64,000 nt of DNA from Chrysomallon squamiferum (Eukaryota > Animalia > Mollusca): assembly GCA_012295275.1 (NCBI GenBank), contig CM022669.1, positions 8,308,001 to 8,372,000 on the forward strand, read 5' to 3'. Positions 40,061-56,310 of this stretch are shown here, piece by piece. Position 1 is the stretch's first letter. Each line of letters begins with the position of its first letter. The translations under genes were made by a program, and so were the position numbers. The notes under the pieces were generated by a model that saw only the letters and a list, made by a program, of their open reading frames with translations, searched no databases and was not told the DNA's origin.

Positions 40061-40264
40061 ATTAAGTGCACACACATATATATATAACAACGTGCTAATC
40101 AATGCAAAGACTGTTGCACAAATATATATTAAGTGCACACATATGTATATGTACATACATATATATATATATATATATAACAACGTACTAATCAATGCAA
40201 AGACTGTTGCACAAAAATATATATATATATGTATGTACATATATATTTGTGCAACAGTCTTTGC
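40061..40264. repeat. Direct duplication plus inverted copy
   Basis: GCAAAGACTGTTGCACAAA at 40104 and 40197; exact reverse complement at 40246-40264. Confidence 0.92.
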
Positions 40265-41449
40265 TGACTGTATACGTCATTCTCAACATCTATTCTTTTT
40301 TTTTTCGGCATTGTCTCTATAAATTAAATGTATCTGTGTCTGTGTATCTTCATGTTTTTCACTGTGAAACTCTTTTTTTTTTTTATTGTCCTTCAGTGGC
40401 CTTCTCGGTGATAATTTCCCATTCATATCAGTGCTCTACAAGCACTTTATCAAAGGTTCTGATATTTGCTCTTTTCTCTGCGGAGCGGCAAGTAATACAC
40501 ATTTTACTTTGCTAACGAAAATGGTTTTCCACTCTCGCGTTAATAAAACGCTTTAACATTAAAATACGCTGAAATGTTTTTAATCAAGTGTTTTGACCTT
40601 TACTTACTCAATCTGTTTAATGCTTTATTTAATTCATTGTGTTTTCCCTTATTTTCTACCTTTAAATTATTTCTTCTTCTTTTTCGATTTTCATAAATAA
40701 TAAAGCTATTTAACTGAATACGTTGTCCAACAAATACAGCCCTTTTTCTTCTTTTGTTCTCTTTCTTTTTATGATTTCTTTCTTAAATTTCTTTTTTTTT
40801 TTTTTTTTTTACTTTCATTTTTTTTTTTTACATCCTTCAGTTCATCGTTTTCCATTCTTCTTTTAAAAAAAGAAAGAAAAAAAACCTTATTAACATTCGT
40901 TTTTTTTTTCTCTCTCTCTCTTTTCTTTCTTTCTTTTATTCTCTTTTAAATCGTTGTTGGGTTATCCATTGAAATTAGCAGGTTATGTTTTTCTGATTAC
41001 AAGTTGCACTTAAACGTAAAAAAAAAAAGTTAAAATAAGACGTTGTTGTAGCAGTAAATGATTAGACCACGTCTGGGTTTTAACGATTTCGTTAACAGTC
41101 GTAACCAGCTGTTTCAGTCAGAAGTAGACGTCTAAACAGAAAAACTGTGTTACGTGCCGCGTTCTCTCTGTAATTAATTTAACTCAGTTGTTTCTTAAAA
41201 CTGTTCCTTTAAATAATGAGAAAGAAAGAAGTATGTATATGTGTGCGCGTGTATGTTTGTGTGTGTATGTGTATGTATGTGTGTATGTGTGTATGTATGT
41301 ATGTATGTATGCATGTATGTATATATGTGAATTTATATACGTGTATATTTACATTTGTGTATGTGTGTATGCAAAGAGAAAGTGAAAGAGCGACAGAAAG
41401 AAGCAGAGAGAGAGAGAGAGAGAAAGAGTGAGAGAGAGAGAGGGAGAGG

Positions 41450-41577
<128 letters not shown>

Positions 41578-42483
41578 ATGTAGCAACAGTGCCTACTGAA
41601 ATATGATGAAGGGAATGTTTGGCAAATCATTTTTTATTTATTTTATTTCATCTTTTTAATAATGTAACAAAATTAGCAAAAAGGGACAAATGAATCGAAC
41701 TTAGTGTTCGAAGAATTTGTAACGTAGTTTTACTGCATCTGAACGCTGGTAAATGAGACCCAACGTTACTGACTATACATCTACAGTCAGCAAAACAGTC
41801 GACAGTGGTCTGTAGTTCAGACTACGAGCAGCAGCGGTTAAAAGCAAACATACATTTTTATTTGCCTGATTGAAACATCAGCGTTAGCCTTTAGATCTGA
41901 AAGGAATTAATAACGCTTGCAGTGTTTACGTGCACGCCCAAGATCAAGCAATTACTTAAAGACACATTCAGACGAATTTAAGGCACGTATCGTTAGGGTT
42001 TCGGTTAAAAGCCGGAGATTTTTAAATATCATTCTCGTTTCGCGTTCTGAAGCCATTCTTCACGCCATCTTATGACGTTTCATTCATATGCGATGAAGTT
42101 CGGAAGCTCGGCCTGCTTCGCCAATTAATAAATTGCCAGTTACCCGCTTTCATCTCTGCCGAGAAAAATCTTTCACTTTTCACTTGCCGCAGATGAATCG
42201 TTTCAGTCGTTATTGCAGTCATCCATTACAGCGAAGAACACGAAAGTCGTAGGGTCGTTCGCAACGAATGATCTTAATGGAACGATTTGGTGTTCTGTGC
42301 GTCTTTTTATTCTGTGTTAAACAATAATATGTGGGTGTGTTTTGAAAAAAAACAAAAAGAAAAAACAAGGGAAGACACAGAAGGAAAAGACAAGGACATT
42401 TTGATTGACGTCATCGACTAATTTGACAAGTCACGCTTTGTTACAACACAATCGTTTATTTTATTACAGCAGCTTGTTAACAT

Positions 42484-42521
<38 letters not shown>

Positions 42522-44039
42522 GCGTCACGTGACGTTTCTTACAGGATTTCGCGTAATTGTCATCACAAACTATGTAATCTTTTCGTTCGTGCGGACTGCT
42601 CCAATCAAGCGGGCACGTTTCGCTGAATTAAATATGACGTTGTCGCTTTGGCTTTTTTCAGCTTGCTTGCCGAACAGGAAAAATAAAAAAAATAAAAAAT
42701 ACGTCGCTTGTTATTGCTTTCCCATCGTTAATTATTAATTAGCGATTCGCGCAAGTAATGATACGGACGACTTAAATTAGATATGATATAGTTGAGTTAA
42801 ATTAGATAGCTAAATGCATTGTTACAAGCGATAGTTTTCGCCGTCTACTTTATGCTCCCTTGCACGAAAGATAAATATGTTTTGCCATAGTGAACCGGTG
42901 TAAATCAATACATGAGCACCGTGAAAATTAGAAACGGTATATATTATTTATTACGTTAATACAAATCTACTGTGTACGGGTGAAGATAATGTCAATAAAA
43001 ACATTTGTTTCTTTATGCAGAATTTTTAATATAAATATTTGCTTTTTCAGAACGATGTTTTATTCTCTTTAGATTAATGTAAATATTTATTTCTTTACGT
43101 AATAGATCAAAGATTTTTGTTTTTTGCTTGCCAGTCAGGAAGAAAAAAAAAATAAAAATAAAATTCTCTGATAACTGAGAAACTAAAACCAATCTATTAA
43201 TGGCCTTTGTTGTTGTTGTTGTTGTTGTTGTTGTTCTTCTTCTTCTTATTACTATTATTATTAAATTTATTTATTTCCCAGTATACCGCAATTCTTAAAA
43301 AATCTGAAATCATCACATCACAGTTATTATCTGAACAAAGATGCAAATTCAAGTATGAAAACAGATCGCCTAGTACAACGGTTTTGATTATCTAATCTGA
43401 CTCGAGACTTACTTGACATATTATCATTTGCGATTTATCATTATTCATCATTATTAATACAGTTTCTACAGTTTCTTATTTAAAAAATCATTATTTAAAA
43501 TAAATAAATAAATAACTAGTTATTCTTGTGGTGTGCTCAACAAGTCATACGTTTTTTTTACTACCACTAACTAATTAACCCGACTCGCTAAAATCTCGGC
43601 TTTGTAAACAAATTCTTGATTCCAGCTGGATTAAAAGGTAATCCTTAACAGTACGCTGTTTTGCGACTTCAAACACCCTCATTCGTGTTTGCTGCTCTTC
43701 ACGGTTGTTCGTCACATCACTCCTCGTCCTGACTTCAAATCTGACTGGAGAGTTCAAATGTAAACTGGGATTAATCCTAGAACACGCGCTGAATTACAAT
43801 GACGGCTCCTGAAAGCTAGGGTAGTACTAAGTGGGTGGGTGAGTTTGTGCGGGGTGAGGGAATATTTTCGATGAATCTCTTTACTGACGTATCCGAGGAA
43901 TCTTTTTCGATTCTGAGCACTGTTGTTGCTAATAACAATGATGATGATTATAATATAAACATGATGATAATTATAACAAAATTAAATATCTAAATATATT
44001 TTAAATTGAAAGAAATTCTTTCCCATCTTTAATTATATA

Positions 44040-44122
<83 letters not shown>

Positions 44123-46412
44123 ATTCATCGCTCTAAAGTTAGACAAAAGAGAATGAACTAATAAATTATAATACTTCTTTTATTAATATAACAATAAAAT
44201 AATAATAAAATAACAAAAAAACAACAACAACCCAACAACAAACCCCCTCCCACACACACCAAAACAAGAAACAACAAACAAGCTCTTGCTAATACATCCC
44301 CGTCCCAAATATTTTTCCAGTTTCGCCGAATCATCGGAACGAACATTTTGCTATTCCGTATGCGAGTTTTCTGGTAAACAACTGGATTAGCGTTTATCTC
44401 GTTCAGAATGTGTTTAGCATATTTTCACACCGCGAAACTGGTAAATCAGTCCGCACAAATCAAAGACGCCGCCGTCATTCCAGGTGTTTGTGTGTTTGTG
44501 TGTAATTACGGACCATTAAAGAGATGTTGCTGTGTTATCAGCCATCGCCCAGTGCGGTTTTTAATCTTCATCAAAGTCAACATGCCGAACTGAAAAACAA
44601 AAATATCGTTATTTTTAAACAGCACGAAATTTGTTAATAAACGCAGATTAATTGAAGCGTAAGAAATCTTTGGCTAAAAATAATAAAAAGTTTCTAAAAG
44701 CGCCGCGCATTAGGACGAAGTAAACGAAAAAAATATCAGACACTTCCTCTGACTCGTTTATTGTTTTATAAGAGATGGACGTTTCTATTTTACGATACAT
44801 TTTTGTATGTCTTGTATAAACAATTTACAAATATATATATATATTTTTTTCTTTTCTTAAAATTGGCATCCATAATTTAATGTTGTTTAAACCGTATAAC
44901 CCTATTTTTTTTCTTCTTTTTTTATTTTTTTTTCTATTTTTTTATTTTTTAAAGATTATTTTTGAAATGCGCATTTTTCTGTTTACTCACATAAATTATT
45001 CACAAGTGTGTGTATATATATAGGTGTGGGCGTGCAAACGTACTTAAAATAACCCCAGTGAAAGTCTTAGTTCACAAAGACATGTTTAAATATTGGCATC
45101 AAAAACAGTCTTATTATCTATCCATCCCTCATTTTTCAGTTTATAATGCAGTATATCTGTCTTATTATCTTTCCATCTGTCTGTCCGTCTGTCTATCCAA
45201 CCAGGGAGTTATTGTCCTTTCTTTCTTTACGTGTTCACGTAATGATCAGCTCTGTCGGTTGAACAGAGAGAGAGAGAGAAAAAGAGAATTTTAAAACAGA
45301 AAGTAAAATAAGAGATGGAGTAAGAACATTGAAAAAAAAAACAAACAGTAAATTGCAGACGAGGAATATCATTGATTTAAAAAAAATCATCAAACACAGA
45401 CAACCAACACGCCGAACTGCGAGTCTGCCCCCTGAGAAACGAAAGCCGGAGAGATGCAATACAAGCAGAGTCTTGTTCCATTCTTTACTTGGCTTCGGAA
45501 GCCGGACAAAGTGAAACCCTTCTGACCACAAGATAATGAAAAACATTGCAGAGTATTCCGCTAAAGATATTTCTTTGTCGTAGCAAGAAAGGCAAAATGT
45601 TGAAAACAAAATAAAAAATAAAAAAATTTCCCGAGGAGTTCCTTGCAACAAATCAACGGAAATTATCATTATTATTTAGCGAAGTCCGTGTCCCCCCCCC
45701 CGCCATCGCCTGACTTCCTTTAATAGACACATGACAATATACAACAAAAGGTTTTTGTTTTAAATACAAGAAGAAGAAGAATGGTGTGGCTTGTTGATGG
45801 CGTGGGACGGGTCGGGTATATAAATATATACTGAAGATGTCGGCTCATTGATTTACATTGTGCTGTGGACAAGACATTTCCGGCTGAAACAGGAAGTAAC
45901 GTATTCTGTCTATCGAGCGACTTCGATCCACCGACCTATCGGTCATTGTTCCGACCAGCACAGGAGAAGAAGAAGAACAGTAAATATTTTAATAATTTGC
46001 AGCTAAATTCAAAGTAAATTATATTTAGCTAAAGTATTTATTTACATTCTGAGAGAACATGCACACTGCGCTGTTAACGTAATGGTCATAAGTCACTGAA
46101 ATTGAAAAAGGTTTAATTTGTGCTAACTTTAAAATGTAATTTCAGCGTTTACTTTACTTTAATAAAAGCGGTTTGTTTGGTGCTTGTTCATTGATCTTAG
46201 ATGATTTTCAATTTTTTTTTTTTTTTCTTATTCTTTTTTTTTTTTTTTTTTTTTTTTGACGACATGAATAATCGATGTCTAATCATTAGTTTACTTTCTT
46301 TTCTTTTAAGAAAAAAATACTTAGTAAACGATTAAAAAAAAAAATTGGTGTGGAACAAGAAAGGGAATGGACGTGTTTTTAATTTCATTCCAGCAGAAAT
46401 AGAAATAAAACT

Positions 46413-46478
<66 letters not shown>

Positions 46479-47138
46479 AACAAAATAAAAGAAAAAAAAG
46501 GGAAAAACAGAAACCCATTAAATAAAATAAAATAATAATAATAATAATAATAGAAAAAAAAGAAGAAAAAAAGAAAAAGCAGTTATATTTTTAAATCAAG
46601 TGAACAAAATTACTAAATCAATGACGTATTTTACGCTCGCATTGCGTCAGTAATACGTCACAGTTGAGAACGTACGTATCTCTCTTTACCCTGCTGTTGT
46701 CTCTCAGTACAAACGCGTTGACCTGTAGTTATTTTCTTTTAATTGATAATTTCATTGCTCTCGTTTCGGTTTTTGTCAATAAAGACACAATTAACTGTAC
46801 TGAGCAGACTTCAGTTTCCACCACAAGTGTACGGTTATTATTCTTATTATCTTTGTTAATCCTAATCCTCGTTGAGATATTTGTGATGCTGAAACAAAGA
46901 GAGTTTGATGCGAGTGGGTGAAGACATGGTTCTTTCCCATCACGAACTCGCTGCCAGCAGCAGCACGTGAAAAACAACAGAATGATGACGTGTTGACGTA
47001 GATCAAGTACATATCTACAGAATGTGACGCTAGTCCTTATCATATATTTTTTTTTATTCTTTATTACCATCATCATCTGATTCATTATTTATTTATGTAT
47101 TTAATATAATCATCATTCTTTCTTTCTTTTTTTTTTTT

Positions 47139-47205
<67 letters not shown>

Positions 47206-48274
47206 TTATATTATTTTTATCGATTCGATTCGATTAACTATTTATATGTTACCATAAGGCAGAACTCTTATCTCATCTGAAATCTTCACCAATCCCTGCA
47301 GGTTATTAAGAAAAAATTTCATTTAACCGAAAATGACTACAGAAGAACTTTATCAAGATACATACTTTTAAACTCTACATAAAGTTTATTATATTTATTA
47401 TCAGTACATGTCTATGATAACCCTAACAAGTAATTACTGAAGCATGTACTACGTCATTTTAATTTACATGTATTTAAACTTTATTATAACATATCACAAA
47501 AAGATACTAGACACAAACGAATAACAGTCCATGAAAATTCAATAATCATTGTAAAAAAAAAAAAAAAAAATTAAATAAAGAAAATTAAAATTTAAAACTA
47601 AGTTAACATTTGTTCTTCGTCCGTTTCTCTTTAATTATTATAATTTTTTTTTTCTAACAATACAAGTTGAAAATATTATGTTAGCTATATTCTGTTTAAA
47701 CTATTACAATAATTTTTTTTTCCCCAGTGTATATAAAAGCAAAACAAATTTAATAAAAATTGTATAAACGTATATGTGGAGAGTCTTTGACAGATGTTTG
47801 ACTTATGTTGAACTAAATTTCATTTGAATTATTAATTTAATCGGTGTTTACACTAGGTAATTAAATTAGTTATTTTTAGTGATTTTCTTATGATTTATTA
47901 ACCTAGTCCACAGACTGAAAAAGTATTTCCTCTGAGAATTCAGACGCTATTACTGATATTGCTAGTTTTAAAACGACGCGAAATTCCAATATCTGCAAGT
48001 TTAAGCAATTTTCATTACTTTTGTACACGAACGTTATTTGAATTTTAATACAGGAAATTACGTGCAGCTTAGAGTTAACGAATTACACAATTTAACCTTA
48101 ACATTTATTTTGAATTACCAGATGAAACATTTGAATAACAATGTAATATTAAACTGTTATTTGTATTACAAAATGAAACGATAAGTTATTTGATTAAATA
48201 AAGTATAACGTATTGTTATTTGAATTATAAAATACAGTATTAATCTATTTAGGTTTGAGTTACAGAATAGAACG

Positions 48275-48332
<58 letters not shown>

Positions 48333-49465
48333 GTTGCTACATTTACAACTAAAAATTATTAAAGTAGAATTTGTAACAAATATATAAACAGAAATAACAA
48401 AATATGTCAAACGTGTGATTTAAAACTGTTACTGAAATTGTTATGAATTCATCGAATACAGCATGCTCATTATAACCATGGCGGGTCCTAAACTATGCCA
48501 AAAATATAGAAGTCCTTTCAGTGTTTGACAAATTTTAAAAGGGAATAAACAATAACAAAATTTGGTTTTGATGCTTAGATTATAGAAGACTAAAGAGACC
48601 CTATGTACTGGGGAAATGAAATGGCGAAAACCTATAAGAAAAGAAGAACTTTCTTGTTATTAAGCTTAACTGAGAATCAGGCTGAAATTTTCAGTTTTCT
48701 TCAGACTGTGAACTTCTGTTCTGGCTTTGTTTATTTCACGTCTGATTCCGACTGTGTATACACTTTTCCCAAGCTTCTTGCACAGCGCACAAACACTAAT
48801 AATTGTATTCAGCACTTTTAAGTCAGTTACTTTATCACCATTTCCTTTAGTCGTAGTAAAGTAGGAACTTGGTAATGAGAGCAATATTCTTTCTTAATCA
48901 CTTGATGTCTTCTAAGTCTCTTTATGTGTGATAATGTGTGTATTTAACGTCGTTACCTCTAACTTCGTTCTGTCTGTCTGTCTGTCAGTCTCACAGCACA
49001 TGTTTGGTCGCTGGTAAACGCAGCTGTGTTTTCTAGTTTAACGATAATTTCATTTTTACACGTTTCCTTACTAGACAAAAACAAAATTAATTCTCGTACG
49101 TGTAATTCAGTTTTTGACAATTATTCTTATAAAAAATAATTAATATTGTGCAGAAACGCACTAGCGTTCTTTAAAAAAAAAGGGTCCAGGCTTCACAAAG
49201 TCTTTTGATAATCTTAAAACATAATTATAAGCATCACGTTTCACCACCGTAAACAGAAGGTGGGGCTGATGAACTTGATCCTCACTGGATCATTGTCATT
49301 GTAGTCATATGAGAATCAATGATCCAAACTTACACAGTATTCTACCATCTCCAAAGTTTTTGGTTGGGTGTAAGCAATTTTCTCTGAATTCTTCAGTTAA
49401 TCCTACAAGACATCACTAGCCATCATCCGAATAAAAAAAAAAAAATTCAGAAAAAAACTTCACAG

Positions 49466-49502
<37 letters not shown>

Positions 49503-49854
49503 AAAATCTTAAAATTTCAACCTGGTTCTCAGCTGCGTGAAATTTAGAAATGAATTTAGTTTTTTAAAACAGAGAAAAACAGCGAGTTTGGTTGTTGTTT
49601 TTTTTAGTCAATTTTTCTTCTGTTGATAATTGAATAAAAAAAAAGTGTTCTTGAACATTTTAATCCGGAAATATTAAGTTGAAGAAGATTAATATTTGAA
49701 ATAAAAAAAAAGTATTGTAGAAAAACGGATATTAGAAAACTTGCAAGTGGTAACGATTTGTGAGAGTTGGTATGTGTATGTTGAGAGGAGAGATTTAATA
49801 AAAAATAAAGTAGATCGATGTCTTTACCATCCATTATATAGTAAAGATAAAAAT

Positions 49855-49935
<81 letters not shown>

Positions 49936-50042
49936 GTCTCTCTCTGTCTGTCTTTCTCTCTTGTTCTGTCTGTCTCTCTTTCTGTCTGTCTGTCTCTATC
50001 TCCGTCTCTCTGTCTGTCTCTCTGTCTCTCTCCGTCTCTCTT

Positions 50043-50130
<88 letters not shown>

Positions 50131-51522
50131 TTCATCCTGATCACACTCGAGTTAAACACGAAGAAACAGAACCGACTCATCTGCGGTAAAAGACTTGGGA
50201 GCACTGAACAAGAGGGTCAGGCGATGATGACATTGATTTTTCAATCACGTTGCAAATATTGACCTGGACGTTATTAAAACGAGCTCACTGAAACATACGT
50301 TGTTGTCACTGCGTTAAACATGCATGTAATCACCGTAGACGTAGTGTCAGTGACTGTGAGTCACACGGCAGCTCTGGTAATACGCTGGTACTATGCTGGT
50401 ACTATGCTGGTGTAGAGAGACGTCAGTCGATCTGATTTGTGGTAGGGAAACCACTGTGTGCATTCATTTGACTGCATGAGTATGATTTTTGTGTATAACC
50501 AATATAAATTTGATAAGTTAATGATATAATGAGTAGAAATGATGTTGAGATAGTTAGTTATCACTAGATGGGTTTGTGTTTAAAATATTTGTAGAGAGAT
50601 GGTTGGTTTTTGTGTCTAACTAATAAAAATTTGATACGTTAATGATGTAACGAGTTAGCAGGTTTTATAGTCCATCTGGTTTAATAACAGATAAGTGGTA
50701 TGTAAGTAGAAAAGTAATTTAGTTAAACAAAACGGATTAGTTACTTTGACTAGATAAATCTATCTTTGAAGCCATTCCTCATAAAAAAAAAAAAAATTTG
50801 TTTTGGCTTACTCACTTATTTATTTTCATATTTATTTCTAAAGCTTTTATTTTTTCTTTTTTTTTTAATATGAAGAATACAACCACATTCCATAAAATCA
50901 AATTTCTTAATGTTATTTCTTAATCTTTAAAAAAAAAAAAAAAAAAAAAAAAATTCCCATGCTGTTTCTTTTGATGACAAGTACCTGCCTGCTATCAATA
51001 TTTTCCATTTACAATATTGCTATTTTTTTTATCTTCTTCAAAGAACTACAAAATTCTTTAGAATTTTCTCCAAAATATGTTTGTCCATTAACCTGTTGAG
51101 TTCTTATTTTCATCTGAATGAGATCAACATCCAGGTCAACATTGTAAATGCCAGACACCCCATTTCAAAGAGATTTAAAAAAAAAAAATAATAAAAAAAA
51201 AAAAAATGTTCCCATGCATGAATCCACAATCTCCTCTAGAATTTTTGTTAATCAATGATAAGACTTCTTCCAAAATTTACAGACTGGATTTTTGGGGAAA
51301 AAAATCTCTGTTTTCACTAATCATAGACTTCTTAAATATTTTTAATGTGAATATATTTCATGAACAAATTTTTCACAAAATGTATCAACGAGAAAATTTT
51401 ATATATAATCTTTTAAATAAAAATTAATTATTTTCAAAAATAGAGAGAAGTGATGGAGATAATGTAATAATCTTGTTTTTTGTTAAAATTATATTTATAT
51501 GAAATTTGCTAATTATTATAAG

Positions 51523-51559
<37 letters not shown>

Positions 51560-52271
51560 AACCCAAAGAAACCAAACCAAACAAAAAACGAAAACAAAAA
51601 CAATAAAAAGCAACAGCATAACAAAAAAAAAAAAAAATCAAACAAAAAAAAATAAAAAAATTTAAAAATTTAAAAAAAGCAAAGCATTAAGATGCAGACT
51701 ATAAAAAAAAAACATTGAAATGTAGACACATCCTGATAATTTGCAAGTCTATCTGACACATATAATAACAAAAAAACCCAGTTAACTTTTTTTTGTAATT
51801 AAGACACTTCCGAAAATATATATTTTTAGTTTTGCTCTTTAACTCCCAAGCAAATCCATCAACTTAAATCAACAAGCTGTGTCTGCCTTTTTTACACTCT
51901 TCAAGTCATTGACACGTGACCTTCACAATGATTTTTATTGCAAAGATTTCCCTAAAGACTCTATTAATTAACACTTGCTCCATTTTTTTTTCCAAAACAC
52001 CAAAGTCCCTTCTGTCTTGTAAAACTAAATTAGTTGCTTTATTCCAGTTTCGTTTTCACGTTCGCTGCACTTGTTCATCATCTAGTCAGTTAGATGAAAC
52101 AGCAAACTTTGTTGTTGAATAAATTATGCATGGAGTTAGTCTGAAATTAGTATTTGTAATTGCCCCAGTGTAATTTTGTTGTGAGGTCATGTATTTCTTA
52201 GCAAGATGTATGTCATGTTAAAAAAAAAAAAGGGTGAGAAAAAGCAACAGAGGAGAATTGCACTTGTGTGT

Positions 52272-52387
<116 letters not shown>

Positions 52388-54522
52388 GTGAAAAAGAAAG
52401 GAAAAGGAAGCAAGAAGGGAAGGCAGAGGAACAGAATAATGACGAGGTAAAGAGAACAGTTAGCGAAAGAGAGACTGTGAGAAAACAAGAGACATGTAAA
52501 ATATTCATCAAAATAACGCAGGTTTATTTTACCAGCTCTGACACAAAACACAGAGAACACAAAGACATCAGCTCTGAGTTAAATACTCTGGTTTATTACA
52601 CAGAACATAAAAAGTATTTTACACCTGAATCGATTGCGTCGCTGATCACACACACTGTATTATTACACTGCAGATTGTAACAGCAGATTATTTTTGATTC
52701 TCCAGATTGTATTTACTTTGTTTCACGGACAAATCTCTATCATTTCTCTAAACTTTGCCTGAACTTTGCAAACGGATGAAGAAAAATTGTGTTTGTTGGC
52801 GCACTGAAAATATTCTTACCTTGCAGTTATACTGCAGATTACTTACAATAAATGTTCTACAGATTAGAAGAACCTACTTCTATCACACGGTGGGCTAAAA
52901 ATAAATAATAATAATTGATAGATGAAAATATTTTTGGTTTGCACCTTCCGTATTCATGATTCAGGCAATTACTGTAAATGAGTGGACATCTTAAAATTGT
53001 TTCTATATGATCGTTCTTCGCGTACTTTTTGTAATAATAGACTGGAAACCCATTTCTAGACATGAAATTAGCAGTAAATCAGTCTTCACTGGAGACCATT
53101 GTACGAACTAATTATAGGACGGATCCACAACTCGTACACAGAGTGTATCGAGTGTAGAGTTTAACAAAGATCCTTTGCTGCTAAATGAAAACAAAAAAGA
53201 AGAAAAATGAATAATAGTGATAGTAATAATAATTTTATGTATGAAGCAGATGTAGATGACATTTCCATACTTTTACAAACATCACGATATTTTCATTTTA
53301 TAAATAACTTTAAAACAGTCTAGCACACGCATACGAATAAAAACGAACAGTTATACGTCTGCAAACACACACACATTTATGTGTGTATTATAGATACACA
53401 TAACTACATTTACTCAGACACACACACACACACACACACATTGATCCATATCCTCTCTAAACATGTAAGGCCCAAATGAAGAACAGTCTGTTAAATAATG
53501 AACACCGTTTCTGCCTTCAAGCCAACAAAATAGAACAGCGCAGTCCAAATAAAGAAAAACCCGCTTGACGAGAATTATCCCGGTTAACAGTCTGACCCGC
53601 CTGTGAATAAAATATTAATACATCTTTGATCTACGTCTGTGAGTTTGGTCAAGAGTATTTACTGCCGAAGAACAAATGTTGTAGTTGTGCAGGAGACTTT
53701 ATATTTCTTACTGCAGCAAAATGAATGGCTAAAAGTCGTTATGGTCAGTTCTTGCTGGAATGGACTCGATATTAATTTGTGCTGTGGTCAGTTAGTGGCC
53801 AGTTAGTGGTCAGCAGTTAAAGATAACTGGCTGGTCTGGAGCTGTCACGTGAGTGTTGTGTTTTGTAATTAGTTTATTTAATTACTACTGATTGGGTTAG
53901 AAATGTACACAGACAGACAGACAGGTGGACGTCTGTAGGATGGAGTAAAAGGAATAAAAAATTCTTTAAAAATGTAGATTTGTAACATATACTGATATAC
54001 AAAAATTCTTACATATATACAGAGGCATGATATACGTACACAAGCACTCACGTACATAGACACACATGCACATATATAAATCCTACATAAATTCAAACCC
54101 CAGCACACACATAAATATGTAGACACAACTAAATACCAAACATACTAACATACAAACATACTTAATTTTTTTTTTTTTTTTTATGTCTGCGTACAGAGAA
54201 AGTCACACACCTGCATGTCTGTGTGTTGTCTTGACTTGAAATGGATGAGTTCTTCAAGCTAATGGTATGAACGTGATGATCACTGATTTAACTGCTGCAC
54301 CCATGACACTGGTTTGCGTTAACATAAACCGTTTCTGCCCAGAACCTATCTACCGAATGAAGTATGTGGCGCACAGTACAAAGTAAAACACGTTTTCACT
54401 TTTAGTTAACAAACACAGACACAGTCAGCACAGGGAAAAATGACAGAGATTTATGGTGATTGGCATTTTCTTCGTTTTTGGAAACATGACTAATGTACAT
54501 ACGCACGTACTCTCGTGAGATT

Positions 54523-54650
<128 letters not shown>

Positions 54651-55451
54651 GTATGTATGTGTGTGTGTGTGTGTATGTATATATATATGTATATATATAT
54701 ATATATAGTCTCACATTCATTAAGCACCTACGTAAACGCCAACGTGCATTACATACATACCTACCTAGGTATGACAGCTGTACATTTTTTCTTTTACAAG
54801 AAAACTGTTTTCTTTGTTTCTTTAATTTCTTCTGTTTGGCTATTACTGACTGATTGAACCAGATTAAAGTGTATTTTGTCTGAACCAGGATCAATCCTTC
54901 ACTCTTCTCCCATTTCCCAACTTTCCATTCCAACCGCAGCATCACAATACCTGTTATTCTTTTTATTCATCAACTTCAATTTTCTTCATTAAAATGACAT
55001 TAATATATAATTCACTGTTTGAATCTTTTTTTTTTTTTTTTTTTTTTTAATAGGCTTACATCATTAGTCTTAATTAGATTAAATTTAATTTCTAACTCAT
55101 TGGGACGATCAAAAAAAAAAAAGTTTATTTTTAAACTCTTAATTCATTTAAATCTTTCAAAATGTTTCATCTACAAACTCAATTAGTTTTTATCTTCTCA
55201 AAGATTTCGTCTTTTAAATCGAATTAATTTCTGGCTTTGAAGTTGGATTTTTCAAACCATGTTTTTATATGTGTTTACGAATGTTGTTTTGAGGCATTTC
55301 AAAGTTGTTGATAATCACATGAAACAAACCGATGATAGAGCATTATTAATGGATGACGACGGAGTCGGAATGAGGATGTTTGTAAGAGGAATCTGAGGTT
55401 AATGATTAAAATAGTTTTGTGAGTCACAGTTTGAAATTAAATTACTCACAC

Positions 55452-55493
<42 letters not shown>

Positions 55494-56274
55494 CATGATA
55501 ACTGAGTCATTCTATGATTTATCTGTCTTTCTCCATGTCTATCTGTCTCATTCTCTGTTTTCCATTTTTCGTGCTCTCTGTATATCCAGATACACATCTT
55601 TTTTCAACACTGTTGTTCATTTATATGTCATTTATACTTTTGTCTATCTGAATGTTTGTCTGTCTACCATTCCATTCATTTTTTTTTTTTTCATCTGTGT
55701 GTTTATCTACATTTTTCTCTTTGTATATCCATCCATCCATCAATTTTTATGTTTGTCTGTCTGTTTGTCTCTGTCTTTCTATCTATGTCTCTATTTTTCG
55801 TCTCTCCTGTCATCTGTCAATCTATTCATTCAATTACCAGTCAAAGTATCTATCTGTCTGCTTGTCTGTATGTTTAGAATATCTAACTAAAAAAAAAAAA
55901 ATAAAGATGAAGATGAAAAATAAAATAGAAAGCAAGAACTGAAACACCAACAAAAGTCGGAATAGTTTAGTTTCGAGAAACTTTTAACATTTTGCACTAA
56001 GATTATTATTATTATTTCAGCATTTCCGAGCTTGTCAGACACTAATAGTGTAAAACATATACTGGATAAACATCTTTAAAAACACTGTACTAAAAGCTGA
56101 CACATACCTGCCATTCACTGATAGGTCGTGACACAAACAATAATACACACTAACGAGAAAGACTCTAGTCTGACAGACAGAGTTTGTTATAACAGTGAAT
56201 TGCTTCATTAAAATACATTTCTTACCAAAACACACACCGAAAATACGTTTCTCCAAAGTATATACACACATACA

Positions 56275-56310
<36 letters not shown>

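Noticed and set aside
41979-41990. TAAGGCACG resembling the miR-124 5' end
   Set aside because: Only the first 9 nt match; the rest diverges and no precursor hairpin is evident.
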